Shown here piece after piece: positions 48,710 to 52,994 of a stretch of DNA of 52,994 nucleotides. A program made the translations under genes and the position numbers. Source of the DNA: a virus (lineage: Duplodnaviria > Caudoviricetes); IMG/VR virus record IMGVR_UViG_3300034104_003611, positions 1 to 52,994 of that record. One strand, 5' to 3'. Within the stretch, counting starts at the first letter, position 1. Each line of letters opens with the position of its first letter. The notes below the pieces were generated by a model. It ran no database searches. It saw nothing but the letters and a program-made list of their open reading frames with translations, and had not been told where the DNA came from.

Positions 48710-48953
48710 TCCCACCTTGACCCGTGAGGAGCTCCCGGGTGGAGCCGAACCCGCCTTCACCCACCCCGGGCAGGCTCACTTCGCCAACCGCACTTCGGGA
48801 CTGACCTGCGCTGACTGCTGCCACCATGTCGCAAGGTCCGACCGTTCCCGCGGTCTGTTCTGCCTCAAGGCCAAGGAGTTCGCTGGCCGGTGGCTCCCCG
48901 CCGTCCCGCCATCGGCCTCTGCCTGCAAGTACCTCCAGCGCCGCACCCCGTGA
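48696..48953 (+). CDS. Small Cys-rich protein
   Basis: CADCCH..FCLK..ACKY; overlaps both neighbours. Confidence 0.55.
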   Translation: MPLGDPTLTREELPGGAEPAFTHPGQAHFANRTSGLTCADCCHHVARSDRSRGLFCLKAKEFAGRWLPAVPPSASACKYLQRRTP

Positions 48954-49339
48954 GCAACACCGAGACCGTCATCCAGCAGCGCATCCGCCTGGCCCTGGGT
49001 CAGGTGCCGGGGCTCCGCCTGTTCCGCAACAACACCGGCTCCCTCCCGGATCCGCGCACCGGCCGCCTGGTCACCTTCGGCCTGGCCAAGGGCTCCGCTG
49101 ACCTGGTGGGCTGGCGCACCGTCACCGTCACCCCGGACATGGTGGGCCAGCGCATCGCACTGTTCGTGTCCATGGAGATCAAGACCTCCACCGGGCGCCT
49201 CTCCGCACCGCAACGCCACTGGCTCCAAGCAGTCCAGGCCGATGGCGGAATCGCCGGCGTGGTCCGCTCTGAAGCAGAAGCGCAGGCCCTGGTTTCCGAT
49301 TTTGCCTCCGTCAGCCAGAATCTCCGCGGACCCCAATGA
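48950..49339 (+). CDS. VRR-NUC domain nuclease
   Basis: LFRNNTG, GSADLVG, EIKT..GRLS..Q..W and GGIAGVVRS. Confidence 0.88.
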   Translation: MSNTETVIQQRIRLALGQVPGLRLFRNNTGSLPDPRTGRLVTFGLAKGSADLVGWRTVTVTPDMVGQRIALFVSMEIKTSTGRLSAPQRHWLQAVQADGGIAGVVRSEAEAQALVSDFASVSQNLRGPQ

Positions 49340-49372
49340 CCCAAGTGACCAATCTCACCGTGGAGGCAGCTT

Positions 49373-51523
49373 GTGGCTGACCTCCTGGAGCAACTCGCTG
49401 CGCTCCCCGATTCCTGGGGCTTGGTAGCGGTCGGAGCTGACAAGCGCCCCTACCAGCCTGAATGGCAAAAGCACCCCCTCACCAAGGAGCTGGTGGCGGC
49501 CGAGATCATCGCCGGCCGCGCCAAGGCCGTGGGCGTGATTGCTGGTCCAGCCTCCGGTGGCCTGCTGTTCGTTGACCATGACGGCCTCGGGGCCTCCACC
49601 GTCCTCGAGCAGTGCGGAGCGCCCCGCCGCGAGCTCCCAAAGTCTTGGGCTGTCACATCCGGCCGGGATGCCCGCTTCCAGATCATCTACCGCGTGCCGG
49701 AGGCGTTCTGGCCCCAGATCAAAACCAAACGCATCAAGTCCCCCGTCGACGGTGAGCAGCTGGAGCTCCGGTGGACCGGGTGCCAGTCCGTCGTGCTCGG
49801 CGCTCACCCCTCCACCGCCGGCTACCGCTGGATGAAGGGCCGCTCACCCGCCGATCTCCCCCTGGCGGATGCTCCGTCCGTCCTGCTCCAGCAGATGATG
49901 CGGCAGCCGGAGCAACCGCCCCTCCCTCTCACGCCCGTCACCGTTGTGGCTGGTGGTGGCACGGTCCCACTGTTGGAGTTCATCGCCAAGGACTCCCGCC
50001 AGCTGATTGAATCCGGCGGCACACCAGGCTTCTGGAATGATGACCAGCTCCGCCTGGCCCTGGACCTGATCGGCACCGAGGAGTGGATCCGCCGGCAAGG
50101 CGCCACCCCAGACCTCACCGCCAAGGATGCCTACGCGCAGCACATCACTGCCGCACGGCTCCTGGCACCAGACTTCAGCGAACGCAAAGCATGGCATCGC
50201 TTTGAGGGTGCCCCGGAGCACAACCCCACTCCGTCCACCCCGGAAGACAAGCTGCTGGACCGGCTCCGCTTCCACAGCCGCCGCAGCCTCATCCCGCCCA
50301 ACCCACGCCGGATGCAGCAGGCCGCTCCACAGCCAGCACCCGCCGCTTCGCAGACTGCGGCTGCGGCGACTGTTGGCCGCGGCGATGGACGCCTCCAGAA
50401 GCTGGACCCGGACGACCTCATCAACCTGCTGCGCGTCGGGCAGTTCGGGGAGCTCCGCTGGAACGTCTTCACGCAGCAGATTGAGCTGGACCGCAAGCCC
50501 ATAGAGCAGATTGAGCTCTACTACCTGAAACTCGCGCAGCTCGGCTTCAAGGTCTCCAAGGAGCTGGCTGTGGATGCCATCGTCCACGTGGCACACGAGA
50601 CCACCTACGACCCAGTGCGTGAGTACCTGGATGGTGTGGCCGCCACCGTCCCACCCACCTCCATTGATCACCTCGCCACGGCCTACCTCCGCCGCGGTGA
50701 TGAGCCCGGCACCATCTACGACGAGATGATCAAGCGGACCCTCATCGCCGCCGTCCGCCGCATCTACGAACCCGGTTCCAAGCACGACTCCGCCTGCGTG
50801 CTGCTGGGTGATCAGGGCTGCGGTAAGTCCACGTTCTGGCGCAACCTGGGTGGGACCTGGTTCTCCGACGCGCTCCGGGACATCAGCTCCAAGGATGACC
50901 TGATGGTGCTGCACCGCTCCTGGATCATGGAGTGGGCGGAGCTGGACTACGTGACCTCCCGCAAGCACGCCGGTCAGGTCAAGGCGTTCCTCTCCCAGTC
51001 AGTTGATTTCTTCCGCCTGCCCTACGCACGCAACACCGAGGAGTTTCGCCGCCGCACCGTCATCGTTGGTTCCACCAACCGTGACACCGGCTTCTTGGTG
51101 GACGACACCGGCAACCGCCGCTTCTGGGTCATCCCCGTCACCGCTACCCAGTCCGACATGATTGACGTGGATGGCTTGCTGATGGAGCGGGATGCCATCT
51201 GGTCCGCTGCGGTCCATGCCTACCGCAACCGCGAACGCAACCACCTCACCGCCAAGCAGCAGATCCAAGTGGAACGGGAGAACGCCAACTACATGGTCAA
51301 CAACCCCTGGCAGACCGTGGTGCAGTCGTACCTGGAGCGGCGTGCCTCCATTGAGCCGCTGACCGTGGAGGAGCTTCTGACCCAGGCCATCATGAAGCCG
51401 GTGGAGCGCCAAACCCGCGCCGATCAGATCCAGGTTGGTCAGCTGCTCAAGGACCTCGGCTACGAGCGCCGCAGGGAGGCCACTGGCCGCCGTCGGTGGA
51501 TCTACGCACCCCGGTTGGACTGA
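49373..51523 (+). CDS. Prim-pol primase fused to a VapE-family helicase
   Basis: LLFVDHDG and QSVVLGAHPST..YRW; GDQGCGKST, EWAELD, GSTN and DDTGNRRFW. Confidence 0.9.
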   Translation: MADLLEQLAALPDSWGLVAVGADKRPYQPEWQKHPLTKELVAAEIIAGRAKAVGVIAGPASGGLLFVDHDGLGASTVLEQCGAPRRELPKSWAVTSGRDARFQIIYRVPEAFWPQIKTKRIKSPVDGEQLELRWTGCQSVVLGAHPSTAGYRWMKGRSPADLPLADAPSVLLQQMMRQPEQPPLPLTPVTVVAGGGTVPLLEFIAKDSRQLIESGGTPGFWNDDQLRLALDLIGTEEWIRRQGATPDLTAKDAYAQHITAARLLAPDFSERKAWHRFEGAPEHNPTPSTPEDKLLDRLRFHSRRSLIPPNPRRMQQAAPQPAPAASQTAAAATVGRGDGRLQKLDPDDLINLLRVGQFGELRWNVFTQQIELDRKPIEQIELYYLKLAQLGFKVSKELAVDAIVHVAHETTYDPVREYLDGVAATVPPTSIDHLATAYLRRGDEPGTIYDEMIKRTLIAAVRRIYEPGSKHDSACVLLGDQGCGKSTFWRNLGGTWFSDALRDISSKDDLMVLHRSWIMEWAELDYVTSRKHAGQVKAFLSQSVDFFRLPYARNTEEFRRRTVIVGSTNRDTGFLVDDTGNRRFWVIPVTATQSDMIDVDGLLMERDAIWSAAVHAYRNRERNHLTAKQQIQVERENANYMVNNPWQTVVQSYLERRASIEPLTVEELLTQAIMKPVERQTRADQIQVGQLLKDLGYERRREATGRRRWIYAPRLD

Positions 51524-51529
51524 CCCAGC

Positions 51530-51890
51530 CGTCCTATCTCCCTCCGCCCCGGTGCCACGCCGGGGCTTTTTTTTGCCCGCCGCCGTCCCAACGTCCCAAC
51601 GTCCTATCTGTTTCGCAGACTTTCCCCGTCCTATCTCCACGGCCGCTTGGGGTAGATAGGACGGCCAAAAAGCATTGCAGTGACTGAGGTTTGCGGCATC
51701 CGTCCTATCTCCGTCCGTCCTATCTGCTGCCTCAGACTCTCCGGGTATTTCTCCCCCTCCTCCCCCTCTCCCCTTTATTACTACTTCTATAGAAATAGAT
51801 AGGACGATAGGACGGACAGCTGAGAGCCCTTCTGCCGCAGTGGCCCTCGCCGTCCCAACCCCCCTCACCAGATAGGACGGAGATAGGACG
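51530..51890. repeat. Iteron array CGTCCTATCT, probable replication origin
   Basis: Forward copies at 51530, 51600, 51627, 51701 and 51716; inverted copies at 51654, 51797, 51870 and 51881 plus a variant at 51805; AT-rich core at about 51774-51800. Confidence 0.82.
51546..51574 (+). terminator. Rho-independent terminator
   Basis: GCCCCGG-7 nt-CCGGGGC followed by T8. Confidence 0.88.
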
Positions 51891-51907
51891 GCCCTACCAT
51901 CACCCCC

Positions 51908-52063
51908 ATGGACTTCCGCCGCGGCCAACCAGTCCGGGTGTTCATGGGTGCTGGCTGGGCCAAGGGCACCTACATCCGCCACAACGGCTCCGCCTTCCTG
52001 GTTGAGCTGCCCAACCGCGGCACCATCGCCGTCTACGACCCCCGGAACATCCGCCCCGGTTGA
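51908..52063 (+). CDS. Small SH3/Tudor-like beta protein (51 aa, not in the ORF track)
   Basis: MDFRRGQPVRVFMGAGWAKGTY..VYDPRNIR. Confidence 0.5.
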   Translation: MDFRRGQPVRVFMGAGWAKGTYIRHNGSAFLVELPNRGTIAVYDPRNIRPG

Positions 52064-52134
52064 CCGGCTACGCTGGCAGTGGTCTTTTGGGTCCACCCCA
52101 CCTCTGGTCCGGTGGGGCTTCACTCTTCGGCGCC

Positions 52135-52845
52135 ATGGCCACTCGCTCCGTCACCTCGGACATTGACCGGATGAGCGAGCGGCTCCGCGTCCTCACCGAC
52201 ACCCAGGTGCGCTACGCCGTCGCCCGGGCCATGACCCAGGCCGTCATCGCCACCCGTGACCAGCTCAAGGCTGAGCTGCCCAGCTACATCGACCGCCCCA
52301 CCCGCTGGACCATCAACGCCGCCTACGCACGCTTCGCCCGCCCCACTGAGCTCGTCGCAGAGGTGGGCCTGCGCACTGATGGCGCCAACTCCGCCGGCCG
52401 CTACCTCCAGCCCCTCATCCGTGGCCTCCGCCCACAGGTGAAGCCCGTAGACCGCTCCGCTGCCGCAGCAGCCAAGGTCGCCCCCAACGCCTCCCTCATC
52501 CCCACCAAAGGCGCTGGCCTGATCAACCAGTACGGCAACGTCAGCCTGTCCAACTACGCCAAGATCATCGGCGGTGCCCGTGACAAGCAGGGCGGCTACT
52601 TCATCGCCCCCGTCAAGCGTGGCTCGTCCACCATGGCCGTCTTCCAGCGCACCACCGGCTTCATCAGCCGCACCTCCACCCTGGAGTCCTCCGTGCGCCG
52701 CCTGTTCACCATTGACCCCACCCCCGCGCTCCGCCAGAAGCGCCTCCCCCTGGAGCAGCTCCTGGACAAGGGCTTCAGCCGCCACTGGCCTGGCGCACTC
52801 CGCTCCAGCCTCACCGCTGAGCTCCAGCGGGCCGGCTTCAGGTAG
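52135..52845 (+). CDS. Basic tail-completion/neck-like protein (lambda Z-like)
   Basis: QVRYAVARAMT..IDRPTRWT, RYLQP and NQYGN; sits just before cos. Confidence 0.55.
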   Translation: MATRSVTSDIDRMSERLRVLTDTQVRYAVARAMTQAVIATRDQLKAELPSYIDRPTRWTINAAYARFARPTELVAEVGLRTDGANSAGRYLQPLIRGLRPQVKPVDRSAAAAAKVAPNASLIPTKGAGLINQYGNVSLSNYAKIIGGARDKQGGYFIAPVKRGSSTMAVFQRTTGFISRTSTLESSVRRLFTIDPTPALRQKRLPLEQLLDKGFSRHWPGALRSSLTAELQRAGFR

Positions 52846-52851
52846 CCAGCC

Positions 52852-52966
52852 CTAGTCCCTCTAGGCGCCCCCAGCCCCGCTAGAGCTCCGCCACTAGGCC
52901 CTCGCCCCTAGTCCCCCTAGGGCTCTCCGCCCCCTCTAGGCCCCCTAGGGCTGCGGGTCCCTCTAG
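52852..52966. repeat. CTAG array (9 copies in 115 bp)
   Basis: CTAG at 52852, 52861, 52880, 52894, 52908, 52917, 52936, 52945 and 52963. Confidence 0.85.
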
Positions 52967-52981
52967 GGGCCTCGGCCTGCA

Positions 52982-52994
52982 GGTGTTTCGCAGG
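52982..52994 (+). repeat. 13-bp terminal direct repeat, right copy
   Basis: Identical to 1-13. Confidence 0.85.

Larger units (their letters stand above)
1..52994. mobile_element. Complete temperate siphophage genome (lambda-like head and tail, tyrosine integrase)
   Basis: Packaging, head, tail, lysis, integration and replication modules are all present; 13-bp terminal identity; no host housekeeping genes at either end. Confidence 0.93.

Noticed and set aside
51530-51890. Possible CRISPR array
   Set aside because: Repeats are only 10 bp, in both orientations and irregularly spaced, with no cas genes; iterons fit better.

Overview
The window looks like one complete, GC-rich, temperate lambda-like siphophage genome opened at its packaging site: bases 1-13 are identical to bases 52982-52994. 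The host is probably a picocyanobacterium (Cyanobium/Synechococcus-like); this is inferred from gene content only. Layout: cos region; a five-gene DNA-modification operon (ParB-like, TET/JBP dioxygenase, amino-acid:DNA transferase, PLP enzyme, P-loop kinase) running without a gap into terS/terL; lambda-type head and tail genes; lysis genes; dcd; tyrosine integrase with a likely attP; a leftward block of small accessory genes carrying a repeated three-box promoter; thyX; recombination genes (SSB, Sak4-like ATPase, RecE-like nuclease); rightward replication genes (helicase, VRR-NUC, primase-VapE); an iteron origin; and a CTAG-rich array next to cos. The best candidate for an undescribed system is a fully post-replicative, packaging-linked thymine hypermodification pathway. 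In it TET/JBP would replace the dUMP hydroxymethylase used by M6/ViI-type phages; I recognised no cytosine methyltransferase or DNA polymerase. All family calls come from motifs read by eye, not from database searches.
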